A stretch of 64,000 nucleotides of DNA from an uncultured delta proteobacterium (GCA_963808625.1 CAWEHK010000035.1:32001-96000), one strand, 5' to 3'; positions 40,175-52,756 are shown, counted from the stretch's first letter. Numbers and translations: made by a program. Notes: generated from the sequence alone by a model not told the origin.

Positions 40175-40734
40175 ATGCCCAGAGCTTTTCTCTCAAAGCA
40201 TTTCCTTCCACCAAACCGCTATCCGATCTAAAGATCAGCGGCTGCATTGCCCGGCACTCCAACACCCTCGCCGTCCGATATACCCTCAACGGCGCACTGG
40301 CGGAACTCGATATTCCCGCTCCGGCAGACGTACCCGCCCGCACCAACGGTCTGTGGGAGGAAACCTGTTTCGAGTGCTTTCTCGCCGCCAAGGATTTCTC
40401 CCCGTACTGGGAATGTAACCTTTCGCCGGCCGGGCACTGGAATGTGTATCGTTTTGCGGCCTATCGCCAGGGGATGGAAGAGGAAAAGGCCTTCACCGTG
40501 CTTCCGTTTCGCATCGAGCGTCAGGTGGATGCGTTATTGCTGGCCCTGGAGTTCGATCTGAGCAAAATCATCCCGCTGGACCGAGCCCTGGCGGTTGCTG
40601 TCAGCACCGTCATCAAACACCGGAACGGCAGGCTGACCTACTGGGCGCTGACCCATCCGGGTCCGCGGCCGGATTTCCACCGGCGAGACAGCTTCGTCAT
40701 TGAACTGCAAAACCCGACTATCGAGAGTCGATAA
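40171..40734 (+). CDS. DOMON-like (CBM9-like) domain protein
   Basis: LWEETCFECF, YWECNLSPAGHWNVYRF..YR and YWAL.H....PDFH; ATGA overlap. Confidence 0.75.
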   Translation: MNAQSFSLKAFPSTKPLSDLKISGCIARHSNTLAVRYTLNGALAELDIPAPADVPARTNGLWEETCFECFLAAKDFSPYWECNLSPAGHWNVYRFAAYRQGMEEEKAFTVLPFRIERQVDALLLALEFDLSKIIPLDRALAVAVSTVIKHRNGRLTYWALTHPGPRPDFHRRDSFVIELQNPTIESR

Positions 40735-40752
40735 GCAACTTGGAGGTGAGCG

Positions 40753-43246
40753 ATGCAGCAGCCGGATTCCTGTTCCCCAGATCCGATATCAGCCACGCGG
40801 AGAGACGTAAGAACGGGTCACTCTCCGGACATTTTAAAGCAGGCGCTTTTGGACAATCTCTATTGCCTCCGGGGAAGGCTCCCGGAAAATGCTGCCACCA
40901 ATGACTGGTATATGGCCCTGGCGTATACCGTACGCGACCACATGCTGGAGGCATGGATCAAGACGTTCCAACGTTACCACATGAAAGACGTGCGGATTGT
41001 GAGCTATCTTTCCGCTGAATTTCTCATGGGTCCACACCTGGGCAATAACCTCATCAACCTCGATCTTTTTGAACCCATGCGGGAGGCGGTTGCCGGCCTC
41101 GGGCTGGAGCTGGAGCAGCTCATCGCCCACGAGGTCGAACCGGGGCTTGGTAACGGCGGGCTCGGCAGGCTGGCCGCCTGTTATCTCGATTCCCTGGCAA
41201 CCCTCCAGGTCCCGGCAATCGGCTATGGAATCCGCTACGAATTCGGGATTTTCGAGCAGACCATTCAAGATGGCTGGCAGGTGGAGGTGACCGACAAATG
41301 GTTGCGCCTGGATAATCCCTGGGAAATCCACCGCCCCGAGATCACGGTCAACGTCAAGCTTGGCGGGCACACCGAAGCGTATCACGACAGCGAAGGCCGT
41401 TACCGGGTAAGCTGGATACCCCATCGCGTGGTAAAGGGGGAAGCTTATGATACCCCGGTGGTCGGCTACGCAGGTACCGCCGTCAACATGCTGCGTTTGT
41501 GGCGGGCGGAGGCGGTCGAATCCTTTGATTTTCAGTGCTTTAACGTCGGCGACTACTACGGTGCTGTGGAAGAGAAGGTGTTTTCGGAGAATCTGACCAA
41601 GGTCCTCTATCCCAATGATGAACCCCTGCAGGGAAAACAGCTTCGTCTCGAACAGCAGTACTTCCTCGTATCCTGTGCCTTGCAGGATATCATCAGGATT
41701 CAAAGCCTGACCGGGAATGATCTGTGTGACTGCCACCGGACCTTTACGGTTCAGCTCAACGACACTCATCCCTCGCTCGCGGTGGCGGAATGGATGCGGC
41801 TGCTGGTGGATGAGCATCAAATGGGCTGGGAACAGGCATGGGAGATTACCCGGAACACTTTTGCCTACACCAATCACACGCTGCTTCCGGAAGCGCTGGA
41901 AAAGTGGCCGCTGCCGCTCTTTGGCAGCCTTCTCCCCAGGCACCTCGAGATCATTTATGAAATCAACCGGCGTTTCCTCGATGAGGTGCGGTTGCGCCAT
42001 CCGGGGGATGATCAGAAAATTGCGCGGCTGTCGCTCATCGATGAAACCGGCGAAAAGCATGTCCGCATGGCGCACCTGGCCTGCGTCGGCAGTCATGCCG
42101 TAAACGGCGTTGCGGCGCTCCATACGGAATTGCTGAAGCGGGACCTGCTGCGCGATTTTTATGAGCTCTACCCGGAGCGGTTCCATAACATCACCAACGG
42201 GGTGACGCCGCGGCGTTGGATGGTCCTCTGCAATCCCAGACTGGCGGACCTGATCAGCCGCAAGATCGGAAAGGGGTGGGTGCGCCGCCTGGAGGAGGAT
42301 CTCAAGCAGACTGGAGCCCTTTGCGGACGACCCCGAGTTCCGCGATGCATGGCGTCGGATCAAGCTGCAAAATAAGCGCGACCTGGCGCTTCTCATCAAA
42401 GAGCGAACCGGGGTCGCGGTCAATCCCGAGACGCTGTTTGACGTCCAGGTGAAGCGCCTGCACGAATACAAGCGGCAGCACCTGAATGTGCTCCACATCA
42501 TCACCTCGTACCGGAGGATTAAGCTGAATCCGGGCCTGGAGGTTACGCCTCGGACGGTCATTTTTGGCGGTAAGGCGGCCCCCGGATATTTCCTGGCGAA
42601 ACTGATCATAAAGCTGATCCACTCGGTGGCCGAGGTGGTGAACAACGACCGGGATATCGCCGAGCGCCTCAAAGTCGTGTTCTTCCCCGATCTCAATGTC
42701 AAAAACGGCCAGTACATTTACCCGGCCGCTGACCTTTCCGAACAAATCTCCACGGCGGGAAAAGAAGCCTCGGGTACCGGCAATATGAAGTTCGCCATGA
42801 ATGGGGCGTTGACCATCGGGACCCTGGACGGAGCCAACGTTGAGGTCCGCGAGGAGGTGGGGGCCGAGAACTTCTTCCTCTTCGGCCTGACTGCCGGGGA
42901 AGTCCATGACCTGAAAGCCAATGGCTACAACCCCATGGACTTTTACCATGGCAACCCCGAGTTGCGGGAGGCTATCGACCTCATTCGTTCCGGGTTTTTC
43001 TCGCGCGGCGACCGCGATCTCTTCAAACCGCTTGTTGACTCGCTCCTATATCATGATGAGTATTTGGTCCTCGCCGATTATCAGGCGTATATCGAGTGCC
43101 ACGAACGGGTGAACCGGGCTTTTGGCGACCCCGATCACTGGACGCGCATGTCGATTCTCAACGTAACGCGCATGGGGAAGTTCTCTTCAGACCGCGCCAT
43201 CAGGGAATACTGTGAGAAGATTTGGCAGGTGAAGCCGGGGAGTTGA
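40753..43246 (+). CDS. glgP: Glycogen/starch phosphorylase, frameshift near 42310
   Basis: [59 protein letters not shown] and EASGTGNMK (PLP lysine). Confidence 0.92.
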
Positions 43247-43524
43247 TGGCGGATAGTTGATGGTTGACAGCCAACCGCGAAGAGCCAATCGCACCAAATT
43301 TCAGTGCTCTGGCCAAAACGCAGGGATTAATTCTTCATACCAGTGCGACCATTCGTCCCCAAAGAAAACTGGTGTGAGCCCCCGGCCAAAACGCCTGCGG
43401 GACCTGAGTCAGCAAAGGACAAAACGCTGCCTGAAGAGGCCAAGCAGGGGTAAGGCACTTTTCTGACACCGTGGCTGTCTAAGAATCGATAATCTTTTCA
43501 CCCAGGTCGCGGAAGGGCCAAATC

Positions 43525-43642
43525 AATCCCCCATCCCCCATCCGCAATCCGCAATCCGCAGTCCGCAATCCGAAATCCGAAATCCGCAATCCCCCATCCC
43601 CCATCCTCCATCCGCAATCCGCAATCCGAAATCCGCAATCCG
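43525..43642. repeat. Heptamer tandem repeat (AATCCGC/AATCCGA/CATCCCC), about 17 units
   Basis: Visible directly; abuts the ndk stop codon. Confidence 0.9.
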
Positions 43643-44386
43643 TCACCACTCGACTGATACCTTGCGGTTGACGAGATGTTTGGCCACTATGGTTTGAAGA
43701 GAACAGGGGGCCGGCAATCTCTGAGAAATCAATTGGAGGGCCTGCAAATCCGATTCCCAGACGACATCACCCGGGGCGAGCAAACAGAGACTGCCCGGTT
43801 CATAGGTGCTAAACAGCCTGTCATCTTTGTAATAGAAATGGTCTTCGCAGTGGGTGGCGGCAAAAGCGCGCATGAAAGGCGGGATATCATCCGGCTTGAA
43901 CCAGAGTTTGATTTCGCGCTCAGCTTCCTCAAGGGATGCCGAGGCATGAATCAGGTTGTCCATGCGCTCTTCAATTTCTTCGTCTTCAGCGTTTTTCAAC
44001 GGCATAATGGTGCCGAGAGAGCGGATGCATCCGGGCCTCTGCTCTCGGGCGTTATGAGGGTTCGTGGGCCCGGCTATCTCGCGAACCTTTTCAATAGCGT
44101 CCGGGCCTTGATAAACAAGGGCCATGATTCTCCGTTTATGAGGCTCCTCGGGGTAATGGAGATGACCCGTCAGGTATTCAATGAGCGAAGGATAGAACGC
44201 TTTGCCGCGATGTTCCGCGTAATGTTCCCCGGCAAGCATCCGCGTGACGTGGACCACCTTGGTGGCAGCAAACACCAGGCCGGTGTGGAACTCGGAAAGC
44301 TGTGAAAGCACATAGCCCGTCAGCGAATTCTTCATGGCGTCAGGTTTGATGAGTACCAGAGTTTGATCAAGCTCCTTATTGCGCAT
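43643..44386 (-). CDS. ndk: Nucleoside-diphosphate kinase with C-terminal extension
   Basis: TLVLIKPDA, HYAEHRGKAFY, GPTNP..A...PGCIR, NLIHASAS.EEAEREIKLWF. Confidence 0.85.
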   Translation of the reverse strand: MRNKELDQTLVLIKPDAMKNSLTGYVLSQLSEFHTGLVFAATKVVHVTRMLAGEHYAEHRGKAFYPSLIEYLTGHLHYPEEPHKRRIMALVYQGPDAIEKVREIAGPTNPHNAREQRPGCIRSLGTIMPLKNAEDEEIEERMDNLIHASASLEEAEREIKLWFKPDDIPPFMRAFAATHCEDHFYYKDDRLFSTYEPGSLCLLAPGDVVWESDLQALQLISQRLPAPCSLQTIVAKHLVNRKVSVEW

Positions 44387-44459
44387 ATGAGAGCCCCTTT
44401 GCGGTTAGAAGATATCGTGGTTTCAGGCCGTAGGCAAAAAATGTGTGTCCGTGACATGC

Positions 44460-44491
44460 AGACCGACGCGGTTTCTGAAACCGCGTCGGTC
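44460..44491. repeat. Perfect palindrome AGACCGACGCGGTTT-CT-GAAACCGCGTCGGTCT-type REP-like hairpin
   Basis: Long perfect stem in the ndk/hbd divergent intergenic region. Confidence 0.7.
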
Positions 44492-44806
44492 TTCCCATCT
44501 TGGACGACTTCTTATTGCCAGGCGCCTTTGTTATGAGAAGAAGATTATGCCGCAACAGCCGCAGAACTACAAGATATCAGTTAAAAAACTCCGCATGATC
44601 CGAAGCGGGGCGGGTGGCTGTCTGTCGCCGCGCATGAAGGCAAGCCCTGCAGCTCGGTTGCGGTAATCATCGAAGAGGTCGGAGAAGATTGCAGGGGTTC
44701 AGGAAGTAGTATATGGTGGTTCAATCTTCATTCATTGGGTTGAGCTTTATTCGAACCGGCAAAATCGAGGGATCGCGTGGGCAAGAAACCTGATAGGGGG
44801 AAAAAC

Positions 44807-45671
44807 GTGGAGATCATCAAGGTATGCGTTTTGGGCTCCGGCATCATGGGCGCGGGCATTGCCCAGGCAGCGGCGGAGGCCGGGTTCGACGTTACGCTAC
44901 GTGACATTGAAGATCGTTTCTTGGACAAAGGGCTGGCAACCATCAGGAAAAACCTCGAACGTGCGGTGTCCAAGGGCGAAGATGGAGGCAGCCGAGCTCG
45001 AAGCCGTTATGAGGCGCATCACAGTCACGACCGATCTCGGGATGGCCGCCGCTGACGCCCATCTGGTCATCGAAGCCGTCAGTGAAGTCATGAGCCTCAA
45101 GAAAGATGTCTTCAAAGAACTGGATGGCATGTGTCAACCCGGGACGATCCTGGCGTCCAATACCTCCGGGCTTTCCATCACCGAAATGGCGGCGGTGACC
45201 CGAAGGCCTGACCGATTCATCGGCATGCACTTCTTCAATCCCGTGCCGGTGATGAAGTTGGTGGAGCTCATTCGCGGGTTTCGTGACTTCCGATGCGACC
45301 CTTGCCGTGAGCAAGGCCTTCGTCGAAAAAATCGGGAAGACGCCCATCGAAGTCAAGGAGGCGCCCGGTTTTGCCGTCAATCGGATCCTATGTCCCATGA
45401 TCAATGAGGCGATTTTCGTCTATGCCGAAGGCGTCGCTTCTGCTGAGGACATCGATCGCGCAATGGTGCTGGGCGCCAATCATCCTATCGGACCCTTGGC
45501 TCTCGCGGACATGGTGGGCCTGGACACGCTGCTGCTCGTCCTGGAAGGACTTCATCAGGAATTGGGCGAGGACAAATACCGCCCCGCCCCTCTGCTTCGC
45601 AAAATGGTGCGCGCCGGGTATCTCGGGCGGAAAAGCGGACAAGGCTTTTACGATTATAGCAAAAGATCTAG
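44807..45671 (+). CDS. hbd: 3-hydroxybutyryl-CoA dehydrogenase, frameshifted
   Basis: [69 protein letters not shown] and [11 protein letters not shown]. Confidence 0.88.
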
Positions 45672-45702
45672 ATTACATTCAAGAACTAAGGAGGAACAGG
45701 TC

Positions 45703-46870
45703 ATGCAATACGATCTCACGGAAGAACAAGTCATTGCTCCAGAACATGGTCCGCCGGCTGGCCAAGGAGAAGGTTGCCCCGGGAGCGGGAAAGCGCGACG
45801 AAGAGGGAATATTTGCCTGGGAAATGGTGGAGCTCCTGCGTGAAAACGGACTGTACGGGATCGATTTCCCCGAGGCTTACGGCGGCTCGGACGCCGGGAT
45901 GCTGGCTCTGGCCATCGCCATCGAAGAGCTGTGCAAGGTGGATGCCTCGTGCGGCCTCTGATTGCCGACCATGAACTTGGGTGCCCTGCCCATCCTCCTG
46001 GCGGCAAATGAAGCGCAGAGGGCCAGATACCTGCCCAAGCTGGCTCCGGTGAACACCTTGCCGCATTTGCCCTGACCGAGCCCGCTGCCGGCTCCGACGT
46101 GGCGCGGCTCCGCTGCCGTGCCAAGAAGGACGGCGACTCATTACATTCTGAACGGCACCAAGAACTTCATCACCAATGGCGGAGTGGCCGACGTGGTGAC
46201 CGTTTATGCGGTCATCGATCCGGACAAGCCGACGCACAAGAATGCCGGGGTGTTCATCGTGGAAAAGGGAACACCGGGTTTCTCGGTGGGCAAGAAGGAA
46301 AACAAGATGGGGATCCGCTGGTCGGACACCGTGGAGCTCATTTTTGAAGACTGCCGGGTTCCGGCGGAAAACCTCCTTGGGTCGAGAGGGCGAGGGTTTT
46401 CCGATCATGATGAAGACCCTCGACTTCTCCCGCCTGCCGTGGCGGCCCAGGCCCTGGGCATCGCTGCCGGCGCCATGGAATATGCCGTTGCCTATGCCAA
46501 GGAGCGGGAGAGCTTTCGGAAAGCCCATCATCGAGCACCAGGGGATCGGTTTCAAGCTGGCGGACATGGCCATGCGCACCGAAGCCGCCCGACAGCTGCT
46601 GTACAAGACCTGCGCCATGCTGCAGGAACAGCCCAAGGATATGAGCCGCCTCGAGCCCGAATTCATCCGCATGAGCTCGATGGCCAAGTGTGTGTGCGGG
46701 GATGTGGCCATGTGGGTGGCCACCGAAGCGGTCCAGGTCCTCGGCGGCTACGGCTACATCAAGGAATACCCGGTGGAGCGCATGATGCGGGACGCCAAGA
46801 TCACCCAGATCTACGAGGGCACCAACGAAATCCAGCGGATGATCATCGCTCGAAGCTCAAGGCGCGGTGA
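45703..46870 (+). CDS. Acyl-CoA dehydrogenase (short/branched-chain type), multiply frameshifted
   Basis: [67 protein letters not shown]. Confidence 0.88.
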
Positions 46871-46978
46871 AGCTGTGCCCACCCTCGCGTTCCGTAGGGT
46901 GGGCAGGTTTGCCCACTGAACATGCAGAACTTATGCTCTGTGTCCTAGCCACTAACCACTGCTTCCAAGGAGTCGAAC

Positions 46979-48185
46979 GTGAGTAGACAACGATATTGTC
47001 ATTGTGGCGGCGGCGCGCACTGCTATCGGCCGATTTGGGGGCGCCCTGAAAGACGTGAGGGCCTCCAGGCTGGCAGCCCATGTGATGATAGGAGGTTATA
47101 AGGCGCGCTGATAACCTGGAGGCCGCATCTGATCAGTGACATCATCGTCGGGGATTGCGTGCAGTGCTTCGATGAAGCCAACACAGCCCGCACCGCCGCG
47201 CTGCTGGCCGGTTTCCCGGTAGAGGTTCCCGCCTTTACGGTGCAGCGGCAGTGTTCGTCGTCCATGCAGGCCCTGATTCCGGGGTCCAGCAGATTCGATG
47301 CGGGGATTCGGAAATCGTTCTGGTCGGCGGCGTCGAGTCGATGAGCTCGGCCCCGTACTACCTGCCAGCGGCGCGAGGTGGGGGATGCGCCTGCATGAAC
47401 CAGGAAGTGACCGATGCCGTTTGGGAGATGCTCTATTCCGGCAGCCGCCTGCTTGGGGATCCCATGATCATGGGCATCACCGCGGAAAACCTGGCGGCAA
47501 AATATAACATCTCGCGCGAAGCTCAGGACCAGGTGGCTGTGGAAAGCCACAACAAAGCGGAAGCCGCCATCAAGGCGGGACGATTCAAAGAGGAAATCGC
47601 GCCGCTTCCTGTTGCCGGGGAAAAAGGGACAAGAGGAATTATTCGAGCAGGACGAACATCCGCGCTTTGGTTTGACCATGGAGGATCTGGTCAAGCTCAA
47701 GCCGGCTTTCAAGAAGGATGGGACGGTGACGCCGGGCAATTCTTCCGGGCTCAATGACGGTGCCGCTGCGGCTATCCTCATGACGCGCAAAAGGGCCAGA
47801 GAGCTGGGCCTGACCCCGATGGCAAGGATTGTCACCCATGCCGTTGCCGGTGTTGAACCGCACCTCATGGGTTACGGACCGGTGCCCTCCAGCCAGAAGG
47901 CCCTGCGCAAAGCCGGAATGACCCTCAAGGATATTCAGCTCATCGAAGTAAATGAAGCGTTCGCTGCCCAGTACATTGCGTGCGAGCAGGGGCTGGGCCT
48001 CGATCGAGCCATCACCAACGTAAACGGCAGCGGCATCGGCCTGGGACATCCCGTCGGGGCCACCGGGCTTGCGCATCGTCGTCTCCCTGCTTTTTGAAAT
48101 GGCGCGCCGCAATCTCGAAGTGGGCCTGGCAACCCTGTGCGTCGGCGGCGGCATGGGGGTGACCACGATCGTTGCCCGCGATTGA
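46979..48185 (+). CDS. Acetyl-CoA C-acetyltransferase (thiolase), multiply frameshifted
   Basis: [62 protein letters not shown] and LCVGGGMG. Confidence 0.88.
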
Positions 48186-48685
48186 ATGCATTTTCACCAC
48201 GAAGAACACGAAGAGCACGAAGGTGGCGAAGCCATTTGGCTCGTTCCCAAGCTCCAGCTTGGGAATGCAGGACGGAAGCTCCAGCCTCAAGTGTTTCTTG
48301 AGTACAGATGACGTCCACAGCTCAGACGAAGCTGGAGCTTCCAAGCAGTTGGGTTCCCAAGTCGGAACTTGGGAACCAGCTTTGAGGGCCTCTTCAAACC
48401 GAGCACTGCACGAAAATTGAACTTTCAGACCTGCTTTGAGAGCTGCCAAGACAAAGTTACGATGCTTCCAAACATCCCGGGGTCCCGACAATTTCAGGAT
48501 TCCAGGATCTTCACTTGATTCGCACAGATGATTGTGGTATGGGACACACGTCTCATAACTCCCCCGCAAATTAGCGCGAATTCGGTATCATTATCCCCAA
48601 ACGGCCTGTGTCGGGGGGCTCCGAAAGCGTCATTCATAAGTCAAACACCAAGGGTCTCACTTTTCAAAGAAGGAGGTACGGTACC

Positions 48686-49678
48686 GTGGAAGTCTTCGAA
48701 CAAGGCATTGGAAGGTTGTTTACCGATCCAGACGCGGATAATGCGAGGGATCATTTCAGAACGAAGTCCCGGAGCATGACGAACAAACTGATGACCCTTA
48801 AGGAGGCCATTGAGAAGTTTGTCCATGATGGCGATTATCTGGCGATTGGGGGATTCGGTGCCGACCGGGCATCGATCGCCGCGTGCCATGAAATCGTGAG
48901 ACAAGGGAAGAAAAACCTGGGTTTTGCGGGTCACACCGCAACGCATGACTTTCAGGTTCTTTCGGCCGGCAAGGCGTTCAACCGGTGTGACGCCGCCTAC
49001 ATCGTCGGTCTCGAAGCAAGAGGGCTTTCCCCCAACGCCAGGCGATACGTGGAAAGCGGTGCGGTAGAACTTTGCGAGTGGACGAATTACGCGCTGGCGG
49101 CACGCATCAAGGCCGCTGCCATGGGGGTTTCTTTCCTTCCCGCGAGAAACATGATGGGAACGGACACCTTCAAATACAGCGGCGCCAAGAAGATAAAATG
49201 CCCTTTCACCGGGATCTTTTACTCGGCGATACCGGCGCTCTGGCCTGACATTTCGGTCATTCATGTCCACGAGGCGGATGTTTACGGGAATTCACGCATC
49301 ACGGACATCACCATCTCCGATTGGGACCTTGCCAGGGCCTCGAAACATCTGATTATCACCTGCGAGAGGCTGGTTTCGAACGAAGAGATCCGGAGCGCTC
49401 CATACCGAACCCAGATTCCTTTCTATTGCGTGGACGCGGTGTGCGAAGTTCCCTACGGGGGTTATCCCGGCGTCATGGCCTATGAGTATTTCTCTGATGA
49501 GGAACACCTGAGAGAGTGGCTCACGGTCGAACAGGACCCTGAAAAATTTAAGGAATTTCTTGATCGGAACATCTATCAGTGCAAGGACCACATGGAATAT
49601 ATCAACCTGCACGGCGGCAGGGAGAAGATGATGATGTTGAGAAGAAAAGAACTGCTGCTCAACGTAGACAAGAAGTAG
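48686..49678 (+). CDS. Family I CoA-transferase alpha subunit (glutaconate CoA-transferase GctA-like)
   Basis: KLMTLKEAIEKFVHDGDYLAIGGF, KAAAMGVSFLP...GTD, IHVHEADVYGN, VDAVCEVPYGGYP; GTG start with RBS AAGGAGG. Confidence 0.85.
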   Translation: MEVFEQGIGRLFTDPDADNARDHFRTKSRSMTNKLMTLKEAIEKFVHDGDYLAIGGFGADRASIAACHEIVRQGKKNLGFAGHTATHDFQVLSAGKAFNRCDAAYIVGLEARGLSPNARRYVESGAVELCEWTNYALAARIKAAAMGVSFLPARNMMGTDTFKYSGAKKIKCPFTGIFYSAIPALWPDISVIHVHEADVYGNSRITDITISDWDLARASKHLIITCERLVSNEEIRSAPYRTQIPFYCVDAVCEVPYGGYPGVMAYEYFSDEEHLREWLTVEQDPEKFKEFLDRNIYQCKDHMEYINLHGGREKMMMLRRKELLLNVDKK

Positions 49679-49699
49679 GGGAAAGGAGGAGCGCTCACA

Positions 49700-50471
49700 A
49701 TGGCTGACTATAACACAATGGAACTGATGATCTGCACGGCCGCCCGGGAGCTGACGGACGGTGCCTCGGTGGCCGTCGGGACCGGTGCTCCCTGCGCCGC
49801 GGCGATGCTTGCCCAGAAAACTCACGCGCCCAACCTGCTGATTATTTTCGAGGCGGGCGGTATCGGACCACTCCTTCCCGAAATGCCCATCTCCGTCGGA
49901 GATTCCCGGACCATCTGGAAGGCGATTATGGCGAGCAGCATGACCGATGCCATGGAAACATTCTGCCGGGGTCTGGTTGATTATACCTTTCTCGGTGGCG
50001 CCCAGATCGATATGTACGGGAACATCAACTCGACGTTCATCGGGACGGATTACCAGAAACCGAAGGTCCGCTTCCCCGGAAGCGGCGGCGCCAATGATTT
50101 CGGTTCTTTCTGCTGGAATATGATGATGATCACCCCGCAGGACTCCAAGCGTTTTGTGGAAAAGTGCACCTTTATCACCACCCCGGGATATCTGACTGGC
50201 GGTGATGCCAGAGTAGAAGCCGGTCTGGCGAGGGGAACCGGACCTTACCGGGTGATTACGAATATGGCTGTGATGGGGTTCCATCCGGAATCGAAAAGAA
50301 TGATGATCGTCAGCATCAACCCGGGCTACACCGAGCAGGATGTGCAGAATAACTGCGGCTTTGAGCTTCTTAAAGGCCAAGAAGATCAAGGAAACGACTC
50401 ATCCCAGCAAACGTGAACTCGAGGTATTGAGGGATCAGGTGGATCCCTACCGCTACATTATCGGCAGATAG
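49700..50471 (+). CDS. Family I CoA-transferase beta subunit (GctB-like), frameshift near the 3' end
   Basis: VGTGAP, IIFEAG (catalytic Glu position), FLGGAQIDMYGNINST, PGSGGAND, FITTPG; reframed tail LRDQVDPYRYIIGR*. Confidence 0.85.
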
Positions 50472-50685
50472 CGCGTGCCATAGTCCGGCAACTTGGTTTT
50501 GGTGGGCACAAAAGGCCGTGCCCACCCTACGATTTTTTCGAAGTCCGAAGCTGCTGGTGTAGGGTGGGCGCAGCTTTATCGTGCCCACCGGGACCGGATG
50601 ATTACTTCCGCCGAAAGGTACTGGCGGTCACGGCCAAGGCTGGGCGGATTGCCGGAGTGCAATGGTTGCGCAAGGAGGAGGCGAA

Positions 50686-51468
50686 TTGGATCAGACACTG
50701 GTTTTGGAGGATCGAAGAGGAGCGGTGAGCGTGGTGACGCTCAACCGGCCGGAGGTGATGAACTCTTTTAACTTCGCCATGCTGAGGGAACTGCGGGATT
50801 GCATGGAGAAGCTCCAATGGGATCGCGAAGTGCGGGTGGTGGTCATTACCGGAGCCGGCGAAAAGGCGTTCTGCGCCGGGGCTGATCTCAAGGAAAGGGC
50901 AACGCTGGCGGAGGACCAGGTAAGGCAGTTTATCTATACGATTCGCAACCTGTTTACCTTCATTGAATACATGAACAAGCCGGTGATCGCTGCCGTAAAC
51001 GGGGTAGCCCTGGGTGGCGGGACGGAACTTGCCCTGGCCTGCGATATCCGCATCGCGTCGGAGAGCGCCACGATGGGACTGACCGAAACGCGCCTGGCGA
51101 TCATCCCCGGAGCCGGCGGAACGCAGCGGTTGCCGCGCCTGGTCGGGCGCGGCAAGGCCAAGGAACTGATCTTTACGGGCCGGCGGGTGGATGCGAAGGA
51201 GGCCCTGGAGATCGGTTTGGTCAACAAGGTCGCTCCCGCCGAGAAACTCATCGATGCCTGCCTCGAGATGGCCGCCATGATCTGCGAGGCCGGGCCGGTC
51301 GCCATCGGCCAGGCGAAGTACGCGATCAACTACGGTCTCGAGGCGGACCTCCACACTGGGCTTGCCATCGAATCAAACGCCTATTGGGTAACCATTCCCA
51401 CCGAGGATCGTTTGGAAGGCCTGACGGCTTTTCGAGAAAAACGCAAACCCGTCTACAAGGGGAAATAG
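50686..51468 (+). CDS. Enoyl-CoA hydratase (methylglutaconyl-CoA hydratase-like)
   Basis: TLNRPEVMN, AFCAGADLKER, ALGGGTELALACD, GLTETRLAIIPGAGGTQRLPRL, EDRLEGL.AFREKRKP; TTG start with RBS AAGGAGG. Confidence 0.88.
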   Translation: MDQTLVLEDRRGAVSVVTLNRPEVMNSFNFAMLRELRDCMEKLQWDREVRVVVITGAGEKAFCAGADLKERATLAEDQVRQFIYTIRNLFTFIEYMNKPVIAAVNGVALGGGTELALACDIRIASESATMGLTETRLAIIPGAGGTQRLPRLVGRGKAKELIFTGRRVDAKEALEIGLVNKVAPAEKLIDACLEMAAMICEAGPVAIGQAKYAINYGLEADLHTGLAIESNAYWVTIPTEDRLEGLTAFREKRKPVYKGK

Positions 51469-51484
51469 ACGCGTCGCTCTTCTA

Positions 51485-52662
51485 CTACTTCCAGGCCAAT
51501 GGTCCCCATTTTTCCGGCAAAATGGCTTCCGCGGGCCAATCGGGAGGCACCAGCTGGCCGGGTTTTTCGCCCAGTTTCTGGATGAGCTTGCTTGAGACCG
51601 GGACGGGCGTATTGTGGATGCCCTTCTTTCAAGCGTCCGGCCGTTAATGACGGCCTCGGAACGGAGCCTGCGGCCGATCGTCCGCTCCATCTTCGCTCCG
51701 AGCCAGAGGACCCGGTCCACATTGTAGCCGTGTTCGATGCCCAGTTCGTCAATCATCACCAGGAGGTCTTCGAAGGTGATGAGACCCACATACCTCGGAT
51801 CGTAATAGTAGTCGCCCGTTCCTCTCACGGGACAGTCGTCGAGGAAATTGGCCGGCTGTCCGCCCAGCCCGCCCAGGGTCCCCTCGAAGCGGCAGATGCC
51901 GGCCTGGAGGGCCGCCAGGATCGAGGCCGAGGCGACGCGCTTGGTCTCATGAAGATGGCATAGATGGGCCTCGGGATTGGGCATGGCATCCAGGACCATG
52001 GAGAAATACCGGTAGACCTGGGCCGCAGAAGCGGAACCGTCATGGTCGGCGTGCTCGATGTCATGGGCGCCGATCGAGAAAAAGCGCTTGGTGAATTCCA
52101 CCGCATCCTCGAGCCTCGTGGCGCCGGTGATGGGGCTCCCCCAGATGGTGCTCACCGTGCCGCACATCTTGATGCCCACGTCGGCGGCCTTCTTGATGCA
52201 ACGTTCAGCCTCTTTCCAGTATTGGGTCAGAGTGGTGCCGGAGTTGGCAAAATGGTGTTCGGGGTCGGTGGAGACCATCATCAGGACACGATCGGGACCG
52301 ATGCCTTTCTGTCTTAGCTCGATGGCTTTGTCCACCGCCGGCTCGCGGATCGTCACCGCGGTCATGATGAGCTCATCGTATTTGACTCCCGCCCGCTCGC
52401 AGCGCTTCTTGAAGGCATCGCTCCGGAGCGCGGTGAGCACCTGTTCGGCATCCCGGAACTGGGGAATGCCCTCCGGACTTCCGAGGTTGGTTACCTCGAT
52501 CTCTTTTGCTCCTGCCAGGATCAACTCCTGGGCATAAAAAATCTTGGCATTGGTCGAGATGAATTTCTCTTCATGCTGAAAACCATCGCGCACGGTTATG
52601 TCGCCGAGGGTCACTTTTTTCGGCATTCTGGGAAAGATTTTCCAATAATCATATTCTGTCAT
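51485..52662 (-). CDS. HMG-CoA lyase-like (DRE-TIM metallolyase) protein, 3' frameshifts
   Basis: DITVRDGFQHE, HLHET metal motif, GGLGGQP; reframed tail ends ...LAWK* at 51485. Confidence 0.8.
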
Positions 52663-52756
52663 AAACCACGTCCTCCCTTTCAGACTCTACTCTTTGAGTA
52701 TTTGAATATTGCTTCTAAATCTCTGCGTCCTCTGCGTCTCTGCGGTGGAAGGGGCC

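Noticed and set aside
48686..50471. AibA/AibB-type methylglutaconyl-CoA decarboxylase
   Set aside because: The beta subunit keeps Glu at the catalytic position (IIFEAG), as in true CoA-transferases.
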